Positions 38,244 through 51,328 of a stretch of DNA of 64,000 nucleotides are shown here, in pieces (the first letter of the stretch is position 1; every line of letters begins with the position of its first letter). Under the pieces are notes generated by a model. The model did no database searches. It was not told the origin of the DNA and saw only the letters and a program-made list of their open reading frames with translations. Source of the stretch: Squalus acanthias (taxonomy: Eukaryota); assembly GCA_030390025.1 (NCBI GenBank), contig CM059432.1, forward strand, positions 3,906,001 to 3,970,000. The letters run 5' to 3'. A program made the translations under genes and the position numbers.

Positions 38244-38940
38244 GGGGGCAAAATTGGGTCGCGCCCCCTTTGGGGCGCTAACTTCGCCGGGGCGCTACTT
38301 TTAGCGCCACGAAAAAAATTAGCGCCACCCGCGCCCGAAATTCACTGGTATCGCCTAAAGTGGGAGGCGGGGCGCTACTGGAAGCGCTCTCCCTCCCTCT
38401 TGGGGCGCTGCGAGTGAATATCGTGGCGCTACGTGCTGCAGCGCCACGCTCTTATTAAAGGGGAGGGGCCTAGCGCAGCGCGACCCGGGGACCAGCTGGA
38501 CCACTAGGGATCGGAGTGCTGGCAAAAGAGCCCGGCACTCGAGAGGAGTGCCGGGCTCACGGAGCGCAGCCGACACCCCCCCGGGGGGCTTCACAGGAGG
38601 CCGGGGACGCCAACGTGGGCAGGTGCTGGCAGGCGGCCAGCAACAAAAATGGCCGCCCGGCACCTCCCCTTTAATTTGCGCCGCCCTGGCTGCAGGTAGG
38701 CCCCACTTGACCCTGTCGGATATAGCGTCCAGCGGTAACTCAGGGGGCGCGAGCGAGCACTGCGCACAGCGATGACATCATCACCTGAGGCGCAGCACCG
38801 CGGGGCGCTAATGGTTATCGCTGCCGCTAACCTCCCGCTGAATTTCGTGGGAGGTGTTAGCGGCACCGCGCCCAGCGCTAGTTGCTTTGCGCCCCTTTAG
38901 CACCAAAACGGGAGGTGCAAATCAACCAAATGTTTCCCCC
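38244..38940. mobile_element. GC-rich Harbinger-like MITE (inverse of the 20595-21587 family)
   Basis: ggggg...ccccc TIRs and internal homology; TSD not clear. Confidence 0.78.
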
Positions 38941-39129
38941 AGACTGTTCTCAAGATGGTGGGTGACGTAGCTTGGGGCATGAGTCCCCCCATTCTATTCT
39001 CTGCTTCTTCGCCCTTTATAATGGGCACAAGTCCATTCTTGACACCGATAAAGATTCTCAGGTGAAGAAGGGCCAAGCGATTCCTTCCCGCACATTATCT
39101 CCACAATGCCGTTGAAGCACCGGGAACGG

Positions 39130-40012
39130 AAGCATGATGGTTATGTTACTGGACTCACAATCCTGTGGCCTGGACTAATGATCCGGAAACAAGAGTTTCC
39201 CACCACGGAATTTAAATTCAGTTAAGTAAATCTGGAACAGAAAGCTAGTATCCGTAATGGTGACCTATAACGACCGGATTGTCGTAAAAACCCATCTGGT
39301 TCACTGAAGAAAGAAAGACTTGCATTTCTATAGCGTCTTTCACGACCACCGGACGTCCCAGAAGCGCTTTACAGCCAGTGAAGTACTTTTTGAAGTGTAG
39401 TCACTGTTGTAATGTGGGAAACGCGGCAGCCAATTTGCGCACAGCAAGCTCCCACAAACAACAATGCGATAATGACCAGATAATCTGTTTTTGTTATGTT
39501 GATTGAGGGATAAATATTGGCCCAGGACACCGGGGATAACTCCCCTGCTGTTCTTCGAAATAGTTCCATAGGATCTTTTACGTCCACCTGAGAGGGCAGA
39601 CGGGGCCTCGGTTTAACGTCTCATTCAAAAGACGGCACCTCCGACAGTGCAGCACTCCCGCAGCACTGCACTGGAGTGTCAGCCTAGATTTATGTGCTCA
39701 AGTCTCTGGATGTGGGAATTGAGCCCACAACCTTTTTGACTCAGAGGCATGTGTGCTACCCACTGAGCCACAGCTGACACTAGTGTCCTTTAGGGAAGGA
39801 AATCTGCCGTCCTTACCCGGTCTGGCCGATATGTGACTCTAGACCCACAGCAATGTGGTTGACTCTTAACTGCCCCTCTGAACTGGCCCAGCAAGACACT
39901 CGGTTGTCAAGAAGGCGGCTCACCACCACCTTCTCGAGGGCAATTAGGGATGGGCAATAAATGCCAGCCTTGCCAGCGACGCCCAGATCCCGTGAATGAA
40001 TTTAAAAAAAAA
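39130..40012 (+). mobile_element. Second SINE family with LINE-derived tail, split by a DeuSINE (39308-39781, minus)
   Basis: Head tggttatgttactggact also at about 62555; body resumes at 39782; tail matches the 4631-4887 LINE family. Confidence 0.7.
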
Positions 40013-40112
40013 GATGGGTGTGAGGAAGATGGGACCCGTTGCATTCTGACCTTGGTTTCTTATCCCTAATACACAATTTGTCATTTCTGATTCTAACCTG
40101 AGACAGCATATT

Positions 40113-40592
40113 GGAAAGAAAAGAAATATTTCATTTATAGCCCCTTTCACAACCTCAGGACATCCCAAAGAGCTTTACAGCCAATTCAGTACTTTTTTTT
40201 GAAGTGTAGTCACTGTTGTAATGTAGGAAACGCGGCAGCCAATTTACTCACAGCAAGCTCCCGCAAACAGCAATGTGATTATGACCAGATCATCTGTTTT
40301 TAGTGCTGTTGGTTGAGGGATAAATATTGGGGGCAGCACTCTCGACTTTGAGTCAGAAGGTCGTGCGTTCAAGCCCCACTTCACAGGCAGGAGCACAAAA
40401 TCCAGGCTGACGCTCTACTGCAGTGCTGAGGGAGTGCTGCACTGTCGGAGGTGCCGTCTTTCGGATGACACATTAAACTCAGGCCCCGTCTGCTCTCTCA
40501 GGTGGACGTAACAGATCCCAAGGCACTATTTTGAAGAAGAGCGGGGGAGTCCTCCCCGGTGTCCTGGCCAATATTTATCCCTCAACCAACAT
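40113..40592 (-). mobile_element. DeuSINE with inverted 5' half
   Basis: 3' half on minus (to about 40330), 5' half on plus (about 40331-40592). Confidence 0.78.
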
Positions 40593-40865
40593 AACAGAGA
40601 GAGTTGATGAGAGCAATGCGGTTGACGTGGTGTACATGGACGTCCAAAAGGCGTTTGATAAAGTGCCACATAATAGGCTTGCCAGCAGAATTGAAGCCCA
40701 TGGAATAAAAGAGACAGTGGCAGCATGGATACGAAATTGGCTAAATGACAGGAAACAGAGAGTAGTGGTGAACGGTTGTTTATCGGACTGGAGGAAGTTA
40801 CACAGTGGTGCTCCCCAGGGGACGGTACTAGGACCACTGCTTTTCTTGATATATATTAATGACTT
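40593..40865 (+). mobile_element. CR1 RT fragment
   Basis: VDVVYMDVQKAFDKV, GAPQGTVLGP. Confidence 0.88.
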
Positions 40866-40866
40866 C

Positions 40867-41435
40867 GGGGGAGAAATTTGGTATAGCCCCATTTGGGGCG
40901 CTAAAACTTCTAAAAGTTGAAAAATTAGCGCCAGGCGCTAATCATTCTCGCCTCCTGCAAAAGTTAGTTTTAGCGCTCAGAGAGGGAGGTGGAGCGCTAA
41001 ATCAAGTGCTAAACACTTCTCTTAGGGAGCTAAAGTCAGAGAGCGGGGCGTTAGCGGCTAATCGCTAAACAATTTCGAGCGCATTGTAACCGGCACTCTT
41101 TCATCACAGAGGCTGCTTCCCTCGCTTAAAGGGAAAGGCCAATGATGCTGCACAAGCTAGTTGTCATCAGTTCTGTTTTGCAAGGCGACCTGGGCGACTG
41201 CCATTACAGCCCCAAACATTCTCACAAAGTGGAGGGCTTGGACATCTTGCACCAATGAAACATTAAAAACTTTGCGCAGGCACCAGACTGGTGCAAATAA
41301 TAAAGGTTGCGCTGGCTGAAAAGCATTCCCTTTAATTACCGCTCCCGAAGCGGCCCGCCGAGTTCACAGCGCCTCCTCTCGCTGGTGTTGTCAGTGTGAG
41401 GCGGTAAAGCACGGGGCGAGAGTCAATTTTCCACC
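40867..41435. mobile_element. Harbinger-like MITE
   Basis: Ends gggggagaaatt / aattttccacc, flanked by TTC on both sides; subterminal ggggcgcta motifs. Confidence 0.65.
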
Positions 41436-41529
41436 TTCCCAGGCCTCCGACCCCACCACGAGACCTCCGACCACACCCCCCACCTCACTGATGATGCTGA
41501 GGCCGGCCACAGTCCTCCAGTGACCGGCC

Positions 41530-43990
41530 CTGATCCTCTCCCCCCACTCCCCCGCCACTCCCTGATCCTCTCCCCGCCCCCCACTCCCCGATCCTCTCTC
41601 CCCCCACAATCCCCGATCCTCTCCCCGCCACTCCCCGATCCTCTCTCCCCCCACAATCCCCGATCCTCTCTCACCCCCTAATCCCCGATCCTCGACACCC
41701 CCAATCCCCGATCCTCTCTCACCCCCTAATCCCCGATCCTCTCTCTCCCCAATCCCCGATCCTCTACCCCCCCAATCCCCGATCCTCTCTCCCCCCCAAT
41801 CCCCGATCCTCTCTCCCCCCCAATCCCCGATCCTCTCTCCTCCCCAATCCCCGATCCTCGACCCCCCCAATCCCCGATCCTCTCTCCCCCCCAATCCCCG
41901 ATCCTCTCTCCTCCCCAATCCCCGATCCTCTCTCCCCCCCAATCCCCGATCCTCTCTCCTCCCCAATCCCCGATCCTCTCTCCCCCCCAATCCCCGATCC
42001 TCTCTCCTCCCCAATCCCCGATCCTCTCTCCCCCCCCAATCCCCGATCCACTCTCCCCCCCAATCCCCGATCCTCTCTCCCCCCCGCCAGTCCCCGATCC
42101 TCTCTCCCCCCCAATCCCCGATCCTCTCTCCCCCCCAATCCCCGATCCTCTCTCACCCCCAATCCCCGATCCTCTCTCCCCCCCAATCCCCGATCCTCGA
42201 CCCCCCCAATCCCCGATCCTCTCTCCCCCCCAATCCCCGATCCTCTCTCACCCCCTAATCCCCGATCCTCTCTCTCCCCAATCCCCGATCCTCTACCCCC
42301 CCAATCCCCGATCCTCTCTCCCCCCCAATCCCCGATCCTCTCTCCCCCGCCAATCCCCGATCCTCTCTCCCCCCAATCCCCGATCCTCTCTCCCCCCCAA
42401 TCCCCGATCCTCTCTCCCCGCCAATCCCCGATCCTCTCTCCCCCCCAATCCCCGATCCTCTCTCCCCCCAATCCCTGATCCTCTCTCCCCCCCAATCCCC
42501 GATCCTCTCTCCCCCCCAATCCCCGATCCTCTCTCCCCCCAATCCCCGATCCTCTCTCCTCCCCAATCCCCGATCCTCTCTCCCCCCCGCAATCCCCGAT
42601 CCTCAACCCCCGCAATCCCCGATCCTCTCCCCCACCAAATCCCTGATCCTCTCTCCCCCCGCCAATCCCCGATCCTCTCCCCGCCAATCCCCAATCCTCT
42701 CTCCCCCCAATCCCCGATTCTCTCTCCCCCCCAATCCCCAATCCTCTCTCCCCCCGCCAATCCCCGATCCTCTCTCCCCAATCCCCGATCCTCTCTCCCC
42801 CAATCCCCGATTCTCTCTCCCCCCAATCCCCGATTCTCTCTCCCCCCCAATCCCCGATCCTCTCTCCCCCCAATCCCCGATCCTCTCTCCCCCAATCCCC
42901 GATCCTCTCTCCCCCCAATCCCCGATCCTCTCTCCCCCCCAATCCCCGATCCTCTCTCCCCCCCAATCCCCGATCCTCTCTCCCCCCCGCCAATCCCCGA
43001 TCCTCTCTCCCCCCCAATCCCCGATCCTCTCTCCCCCCCAATCCCCGATCCTCTCTCCCCCCCGCCAATCCCCGATCCTCTCCCCCGCAATCCCCGATCC
43101 TCTCTCCCCCCTGCCAATCCCCGATCCTCTCTCACCCCCGCCAATCCCCGATCCTCTCTCACCCCCGCCAATCCCCGATCCTCTCTCCCCCCCAATCCCC
43201 GATCCTCACTCCCCCAATCCCCGATCCTCTCTCCCCCCAATCCCCGATCCTCTCTCCCCCCCAATCCCCGATCCTCTCTTCCCCCCATCCCCGATCCTCT
43301 CTCCCCCCTGCCAATCCCCGATCCTCTCTCCCCCCCAATCCCCGATCCTCTCTTCCCCCCAATCCCCGATCCTCTCTCCCCCCATCCCCGATCCTCTCTC
43401 CCCCCGCCAATCCCCGATCCTCTCTCCCCCCAATCCCCGATCCTCTCCCCCCCCAATCCCCGATCCTCTCTCCCCCCAATCCCCGATCCTCTCTCCCCCA
43501 ATCCCCGATCCTCTCTCCCCCCGCCAATCCCCGATCCTCTCTCCCCCCCAATCCCCGATCCTCTCTCCCCCCCTGCCAATCCCCGATCCTCTCTCCCCGC
43601 CAATCCCGATCCTCTCTCCCCCCCAATCCCCGATCCTCTCTCCCCCCCAATCCCCGATCCTCTCTCCCCCCCGCCAATCCCCGATCCTCTCTCCCCCCCT
43701 GCCAGTCCCCGATCCTCTCTCCCCCCCAATCCCCGATCCTCTCTCCCCCACAATCCCCGATCCTCTCTCACACCCTGCCAATCCCCAATCCTCTCTCCCC
43801 CCCGCCAATCCCCGATCCTCTCTCCCCCCCGCCAGTCCCCGATCCTCTCTCCCCCCGCCAATCCCCGATCCTCTCTCCCCCCGGCCAATCCCCGATCCTC
43901 TCTCCCCCCCGCCAGTCCCCGATCCTCTCTCCCCCCGCCAATCCCCGATCCTCTCTCCCCCCGCCAATCCCCGATCCTCTCTCCCCCCAT
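41530..43990. repeat. C-rich minisatellite, unit about 23-27 bp (aatccccgatcctctctcccccc[gcc]), roughly 100 copies
   Basis: Directly visible tandem array. Confidence 0.97.
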
Positions 43991-44318
43991 CGCCCATTCC
44001 CCGGCAGACCTCCCCCACCTATATTTAAAGGTAATGTCCCCTTGTCCTAGACTCCACCACCAATGGAAAAAGTTTCTCTCTATCCACCCTTTCAATTCCT
44101 TTCAAATCCTAAAAACCTCAATCAAATCACCCCTTAACCTTCTATATAAGGAATAGAATTGAAAAGCAGTGAAGTTATGTTCCACTTGTATCGACCCTCG
44201 GTCAGACCACACTTGGAGCATTGTGAACGTTTCTGGTCTCATATTACTAAAAGGATCAGAGTGACTGCTGCTAACGAACCGGAATCTGCCGGAAACTGTG
44301 CAGAAGAATTCTGCGCAA

Positions 44319-44865
44319 AAATATAAATTATGATCCATGAAACATTTGTCATGTTAGATATTCGCAAGGCAATAAATTCAAATCGATGACTTGTGGTAGA
44401 TGTTTAAGCTTGGCCTATATGATGGATCTAGTCATCTTCTTACTGAATTGTAACTCAATGATTTGGATAAAACCCAACTTTACAATCAGTTTTATTTCTG
44501 TCTGAACTACTTGATTGCAGAGCACTAGAGAGGGATGATGTAGGTGAGGCGTCAGAGACGGAATCTATTTGGTTAGAATTGAGGAGCACTCGAGGCACTA
44601 TTGCGATGCTGGGTGTATACCGCAGGCCACCACATAGTGCGAATTAGATGGAGGAGCAAATTTGCAGGCAAATTACAGAAAGATGCAAGAACACCACCAC
44701 CTCCAAGTTCCCCTCCAAGTCACACACCATCCTGACTTGGAAATGTATCGGCCGTTCCTTCATCGTCGCTGGGTCAAAATCCTGGAACTCCCTCCCAAAC
44801 AGCACTGTGGGAGTACCTTCACCACACGGACTGCAGCGGCTCAAGAAGGCGGCTCACCACCGCCT
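44319..44865 (-). repeat. Inverted dispersed duplicate of about 4715-5258
   Basis: Reverse-complement match including non-repetitive sequence and the same LINE junctions. Confidence 0.92.
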
Positions 44866-45487
44866 TCTGATGGGCAATAAATGCTGGCATTGTCAGCGAC
44901 GCCCTGATCCCATAAACGAATTAAAAAAAAAAAATACGGCCCCTCGAGCCTGCTCCGCCATTCAATAAGATCATGGCTGATCATCGACCTCAACTCCACT
45001 TTCCCGCCCGATCTCCGTATCCCTGGAGTCCAAAAATCTATCGATCTCGCTAGGCTGAGTTCACGCCCGAAGATAAAACTGACCCCATGGTTTCCTTGGA
45101 TCCCAAAACTGGTGAATGCCTCATTGCCTCCCTCATTCTTTCCTTCCCCCATTACCTAAAGACTTTTACAAGGCAAGGTTAGCATCACCGAGGCGCTACT
45201 TCCTGAACATCATCTTCTCTCTCTCTCACTCTTTCCATCCTCGCTGTTGCCCCTTGCATTCTGGCCCCTGACCTCTTGGCTTATGTTGTTCAATAAAAAC
45301 ACAAATCTCAATCAGAGAAGAAGCTCCATTTTGAAAACGTTTGGCGTTGTGTGAAAGCTTCTGTGGTGGACATTTTTAATAAACCGGACTTGCATTTGTG
45401 ACATCTTTTTAGTCCTCATAACGCACCACTTTCTAAACCGCCTGCCAAAAAATAAACATTGCGGAATTGGTATTTTCAAATCCCGAA

Positions 45488-46000
45488 ACAACAACTTGTA
45501 TTTCTATAGCTCCTTTAACAGAATAAAATGTCCCAAGGCGCTTCACAGGAGCACTTTCAAAACAAATTTGACACCGAGCCACATCAAGGAGATATTAGGG
45601 CAGGTGACCAAAAGCTTGGTCTAAGAGGTAGGTTTTAAGGAGCGTCTTAAAGGAGGAGAGAGAGACGGAGAGGTTTAGGGAGGGAATTCCAGAGCTTGGG
45701 GCCCAGGCAGCTGAAGGCACAGACGACAATGGTGGAGCGATTAAAATCGGGGGATGTGCAAGAGGCTGGAATTGGAGGAGCGCAGAGATCCCGGAGGGTT
45801 GTAGGCAGTGTTCTCTCTAAGCTGCGCGGCCGTGCAGTATTGGGAAAGGTCCCGCGCAGGCCGCTCACCGGCTTCTCCGCTGTAAATACCGCGCAGGCGC
45901 AGAAATTTAAAGGGACCGCGCACTAAAAGAAACGGGTGGCGCAGAAGAAAGCGCAGCTCGCTGGGAACGCTGGTTGTAGGGCTGGAGGAGGCTGCAGAGA
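45488..46000 (-). mobile_element. L2 LINE 3' end
   Basis: AFSCLGPKLWNSLPKPLR; tail. Confidence 0.82.
45806..45972. mobile_element. hAT-family MITE (167 bp)
   Basis: TIRs cagtgttctc / gggaacgctg; perfect 8-bp TSD GTTGTAGG. Confidence 0.88.
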
Positions 46001-46564
46001 AACGGTGTTTTCATGGAAAGCACATTCACCACAAGTGAGGCGGCGAGAATAAGCGTCCCGATTTCAGAAAGTTGTCAGAAATGTGAATCAATGGCGCAAG
46101 GTTACGGGATCATAATATTCCCCGGTTGTAATGCCCTCCATCTATATTGAATATTGTCCCCTCAATGTTCATTTCAATACAATCTTACCACTTTAAAGCG
46201 AGCCTGCTGATTTTCCATATTGCCTCCTGGGGCTTGTGCCTGGCGATGTGTGACAGCAGCAGGATTGGCAGCACACAGCACTATAATTTCGGTCTCCAAT
46301 GCAGCTTGTATGCCTCAGAGAAGCTGTTAATAATATGGATTCTCTTGAAGCGGTGGGCAGCGATCTGGATGCTCTAAAACTGTGCACAGAAACAGTAGCT
46401 TTTAAAAAAATAAAATATGAGGCTTGTTTGCTATCAGTCCGTGGATCAGCAGCACTCTTACTGTATATGAATAAGTCAATCATTCTGCAGCAGAATAAAG
46501 TTTACTGCTGATGTGCTTTTATTGGATTCAATATAAGTTGAAGAAACAATGGTGCGAGCTGATC

Positions 46565-48586
46565 AAGGAGCATCAACGTGGATTTGTGAAGGGTCAGTCA
46601 TGACTGACTAGTCTAGTTGAATCTTTTGAGGAGGACACCAGCAATGGTGGATAGGGGAGTGTCTATGAATGCAGGGGTCCTGCACAAGGGATTATTAGCC
46701 CTAATGAAAGCACACGGAATTGTAGGTAACCTGGTGACATGGGTTGGTAATTGGTTGGCAGACAGGAGACAGAAAGTCGGGATAATGGGGAACGTTCTCT
46801 GATTGGCGGGATGTGACAAGTGGTGTTCCCCTGGGATCTGGACTAGAGCCTCAGCTTTTTTGCCATGTATATTAATAGCTTGGTTGAAGGAATAGAGAGT
46901 TGCATATCCACATTTGCAGGTGACACTAACGGGTATGAATGTTAACGGGGGAGGCGGGTTGGGGGCTCCGAGGGGGGGCGTTGGGAAACTCGGGAGGTCT
47001 GTGGCACTGGGCCACACAGAGGAGGGAGGGGGGAGGGGACACATGGTGGTTGTGCCGGAGCAAGATCGAGGGGTCGGGGCGGGGGGAGAAGATCGGGGGG
47101 TCGGGGGGCTGGGAGAGGATCGGGGGCTGGAGGAGCAGCACGGGGAGAGCTGGGGAGTGGGGCGGGGGGTGGGTGTGATCGAAGGCCTGGGGGAGGGGAG
47201 GCCTGGGGGGATTTGTGATTGGAAGCCTCGTGGTGGGGGAGGAGGTTCTCTGATCGCGGGGGAGGTGGGGGAGTGGGTTAGGCAGGGATCCTGGATTCAG
47301 GAGGTCAGTGTAAAGCCTCTTACCTCCTGGACCCAGCAGTCCTCGCCTTACATCAGCTGCCGGGTTTCACCAGGCGTGCCAAACCCGACCGGCTAAAGTT
47401 AAATTCAAAATACAGGTTAAAGCAGAGGCGTCCAGCCTTATTACAATATTTAAATAGACGACCCGCCTCCTGGCAGCGGGTTGGCTCTCTGCACCCACCC
47501 CGCCCCTCTGCCCGCCCCCATCCCACCCCTCCGCCCCACCCCGTCTCGCCTCCATTAATACCGGACGTGGGCGGGTTGAGGTCGGGATTCCAGTTTTTAA
47601 CACTTTAACTACCTCCACATTCCCAACCCACCCATTTTTTTTTAGCTTAAAACTCCCCCCTACATTAGGAGTCACAGTAACTTGTGTGGACGGGAGCAGG
47701 GAGTTACAAAGGGAAATAGACAGATTAAGTGAGCAGGCAAAGCTGTGGCAGATGGAGGTCAACGTGGGGAAGCATGAGGTCATCCACTTTTGTTCTGAGA
47801 AAGACAAATGGGGACATTTTCTTGATGGTGAGAGACGAGGAGCTGTGGAGGAGCAAAGGGATTTAGGCGTCCATGTACAGAAATCACTAAAAGCTAGTGC
47901 AGAGGTAGCATTGGTAATCGAAAAGGCTAGTGGAATGTTGGCCTTACTCTCAAGGGGGTTTGGAATACAAAAGTGAGGAAGTGACACTTCAGTTGTACAG
48001 AGGCTTGGTCAGACCCCATCTGGAGTAACTGTGTTCAGTTCTGGGCCCCGCACCTCAGGATATATTGGCCTCGGAGGGGGAGCAGTGCAGATTCACCAGA
48101 ATGATACCCGGGGGCTAAAAGGGTAAAATTATGAGGACAGGTTTTATAAAATTGTTTGTATTCCTTTGAGTTTAGATGGTTGAGGGATGATCTTATTGAG
48201 GTCTTTAAAATGATGGAAGGGGATTCGATCGGGTAGAGAGAGAGAGAGAGAAACTATTTCCTCTGGTGGGGGGGAGTCCAGAACAAGGGGGCAGAATCTT
48301 CAAATTAGAGCCAGGCCGTTCAGGGGTGATGTCAGGAAGCACTTCTTCACACAAAGGGTGGTGGAAATCTGGAACTCTCTCCCCCAAACAGCTGTTGAGG
48401 CTGGGGGGGTCATTGAAAATGTCAAAACTGAGATTGATAGATTTTTGTTGGGTAAGGGTGTTAAGGGTGACGGAACCAAGGCGGGTAGATGGAGTTAAGA
48501 TACAGATCAGCCATGATCTCATTGAATGGCGGAGCAGGCTCGAGGGGCCGAGAGGCCTACTCCTGCTCCTAATTCGTATGTTCCTA
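46565..48586 (+). mobile_element. Old CR1 RT-to-3' fragment(s) split by a MITE
   Basis: QRGFVKG, AHGI.G, HFAGDT, WQMEVNVGKHEVIHF, FFTQRVVEIWNSLP. Confidence 0.85.
46931..47660. mobile_element. G-rich Harbinger-like MITE
   Basis: Interrupts the CR1 FADDT codons; ends ggg..ttaa / ttaaaactcccccc; TSD degraded. Confidence 0.62.
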
Positions 48587-49253
48587 TATCACCATTCCTG
48601 CGTTTATCACTGAGTCAATGTCCTGGAATGCCCCTACTAGACATTCATTGTGGGAGCACCATCACCACAAGGACTGTAATCGCTGCAACAATAAGGCGCA
48701 CTACTTCTCGGGACGCCTAGGGATGGGCACTAAATGTGGCCCTGTCAGCGACTCCCACATCCTGAGGACAGAATCCTGGCGCTCTCTCCCGAACAGCGCT
48801 GTGGGGGAGTACCTTCACCACACGGACTGCAGCGGTTCAAGAAGGCAGCCCACCACCACCTTCTCGAGGGCGATTAGGGATGGGCAATAAATGCCGGGCC
48901 TTGCCAGCGACGCCCACATCCAGAGGACAAATAATAAACAGCTGCCGGCTCTTCTCTGTCAGAATATCCAAGTGGCACGTTCTTCGTAGCTCAGCCCGAT
49001 CCTGTCCTTATCCAACAGTCACACACACACACACACAAAGGGCAGGAGTTTCCGCTTTGGGCTCAATCAAGGAAATTGCACCTAAAATGCGCTTGAAATT
49101 GTGCTGCTTATATTAGGCTTCAAGTCTCCGCTAAAATTCATTTGCATAATCACAAACGTAAAATCTTCCATGAACCAGCGCAATTGGGCAGCGTTTCAGA
49201 GCATCATCGTTTCTTACATTTCTCTCTTTCCATTAAAAAGTATTCTTTGATGT

Positions 49254-49432
49254 GTTTAAAGAGCGGTATCCCGGAGCAGTTTAAAGAGCGGTATCCCGGA
49301 GCAGTTTAAAGAGCGGTATCCCGGAGCAGTTTAAAGAGCGGTATCCCGGAGCTGTTTAAAGAGCGGTATCCCGGAGCAGTTTAAAGAGCGGTATCCCGGA
49401 GCAGTTTAAAGAGCGGTATCCCGGAGCAGTTT
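49254..49432. repeat. 25-bp tandem repeat x7 (gtttaaagagcggtatcccggagca)
   Basis: Direct; near-perfect copies with no spacers. Confidence 0.97.
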
Positions 49433-49984
49433 TATCAATACAGCTGAAAATGGGTTTATCACCAACAAATAAGCACTCAGGTCCAGTCCACCACCTGTGT
49501 GTAACCGGATTTAAAATCACTGAAAATGACTTTAGAAAAACTATACCGAACCAGTGAATAGTTTCATCGGTTCTACACGAGTCAGTTTCTTATCAATTAA
49601 ATATCTTTGATATGAAAAAACTTTTAAAATCGTACCGACTGGTGTCTGTGTGCCTCAGAAAAAGAACGCAATTTAAAGGGTCTTCCCGGACCAGCGCTGT
49701 CTTACAATTTCGGCCTGGGGGGGGGGGGGGGGGCGTGGCCAGTGCTGTGGGCGGGTTCTGATCTGGGCGCGTTGAATCTGAAACCAGTGTAAAAGAGCCC
49801 GGAAAACGCGAACGTAAGTGGCTTTGGGCGTAACTCGCGTTGAAATTTCCGCCAGCTTTTGTGCTGGTACGGCTGTTCCCGCCTGGACTGCGTTGGTATA
49901 ACTAGCGGAAACAGGTGGCAACCTGAGCCTCAACTTCCCAACAGCAGCAACGGGACAGAGCAGCTACTTGGACTGAGTTTTACC

Positions 49985-50708
49985 TGCCCCCCCCGCCCCC
50001 CTGCCCCCAGCCCCTCGCTCCTCCGCCCCCCGCCCCTCGCTCCTCTGCCCCCGCCCCTCACTCCTCCGCCCCCTGCCCCCCGCCCCCCTGCCCCCCGCCC
50101 TCCTGCTCCCCGCCCCCCTGTCCCCCGCCCTCCTGCTCCCCGCCCCCCTGCCCCCCGCCCCCCTGCCCCCTGCCCCTCGCTCCTCCGCCCCCCGCCCCCC
50201 TGCCCCTCGCCCCCCTGCCCCCGCCCTCCTGCCCCCAGCCCCTCGCTCCTCCGCCCCCCTGCCCCCAGCCCCCCTGCCCCCAGCCCCTCGCTCCTCCGCC
50301 CCCCGCCCCTCGCTCCTCTGCCCCCGCCCCTCACTCCTCCGCCCCCCTGCCCCCTGCCCCTCGCCCCCATGCCCCTCCGCCCCCCTGCCCCTCCGCCCCC
50401 CTGCCCCTCCGCTCCCCGCCCCTCCGCCCCTCCGCCCCTCTGCCCTTCTCACCTCCGCCCCTCCGCCCCCCTACCCCCCGCCCCTCCGCCCCTCTGCCCT
50501 TCTCACCTCCGCCCCTCCGCCCCCCTACCCCCCGCCCCTCCGCCCCTCTGCCCTTCTTACCTCAGCCCCTCCGCCCCTCCGCCCCTCCGCCCCTCCGCCC
50601 TTCTCACCTCCGCCCCCCGCCCCCCTGCCCCCCGCCCCTCCGCCCCCCTGCCCCCCGCCCCTCCGCCCTTCTCACCTCCGCCCCTCCCCCCCCCCCGCCC
50701 CCCCTCCC
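49985..50708. repeat. C-rich low-complexity or compound microsatellite
   Basis: Variants of ccccgcccct; explains the Pro- and Gly-rich ORFs. Confidence 0.92.
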
Positions 50709-50861
50709 AACACGCCTCTCCTTGCCAAACCATTGTAGCACCTTCACTACCATGCTGGCTGACAGCAACTAACTTAACACAGACTAAGCATCAGATCTTG
50801 TTGGTTTGTATGCCTCAGTTCCATACCTGTGCAGGAAACTATTTCTATAGATCATCTCAAA

Positions 50862-51328
50862 AAAGAGAAAGAAGCTGCATTTCTATAGCGCCTTCCACGA
50901 CATCTCAAAGTACTTTACAGCCAGTGAAGTACTTTTCGAAGTGTAGTCACTGTTGTAAATGTGGGAAACGTGGCAGCCAATTTGTGCACAGCAAGCTCCC
51001 ACAAACAGCAATGTGATAATGACCAGATAATCTGTTTTTGATGTTGATTGAGGGATAAATATTGGCCCCAGGACACTGGGGGAGAACTCCCCTGCTCTTC
51101 TTCGAAATAGTGGCCGTGGGATCTTTTACGTTAAGTTGAAAGAGCAGACGGGGCCTCGGTTTAACGTCTCATCTGAAAGACGGCCCCTCCGACAGTGCAG
51201 CACTCCCTCAGTACTGCACTGGGAGTGTCAGCCTAGATTATCGACTCAAGTCTCTGGAGTGGGATTTGAACCCACAACCTTCTGACGCAGAGGCGAGAGT
51301 GCTGGCCCACTGAGCCACGGCTGACACT
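50862..51328 (-). mobile_element. DeuSINE, full length
   Basis: Head, core and tail. Confidence 0.88.

Noticed and set aside
41391..44095. Long ORFs (up to 600 aa) of repeating GGREDRGL/ERGSGIG/ERIGDW
   Set aside because: Translations of the minisatellite in all three frames; no evidence of coding
49254..49432. CRISPR-like direct repeats
   Set aside because: Head-to-tail units without spacers, no cas genes, eukaryotic context
49859..51016. 385-aa proline-rich ORF and antisense Gly/Arg-rich ORFs
   Set aside because: C-rich low-complexity repeat running into a SINE
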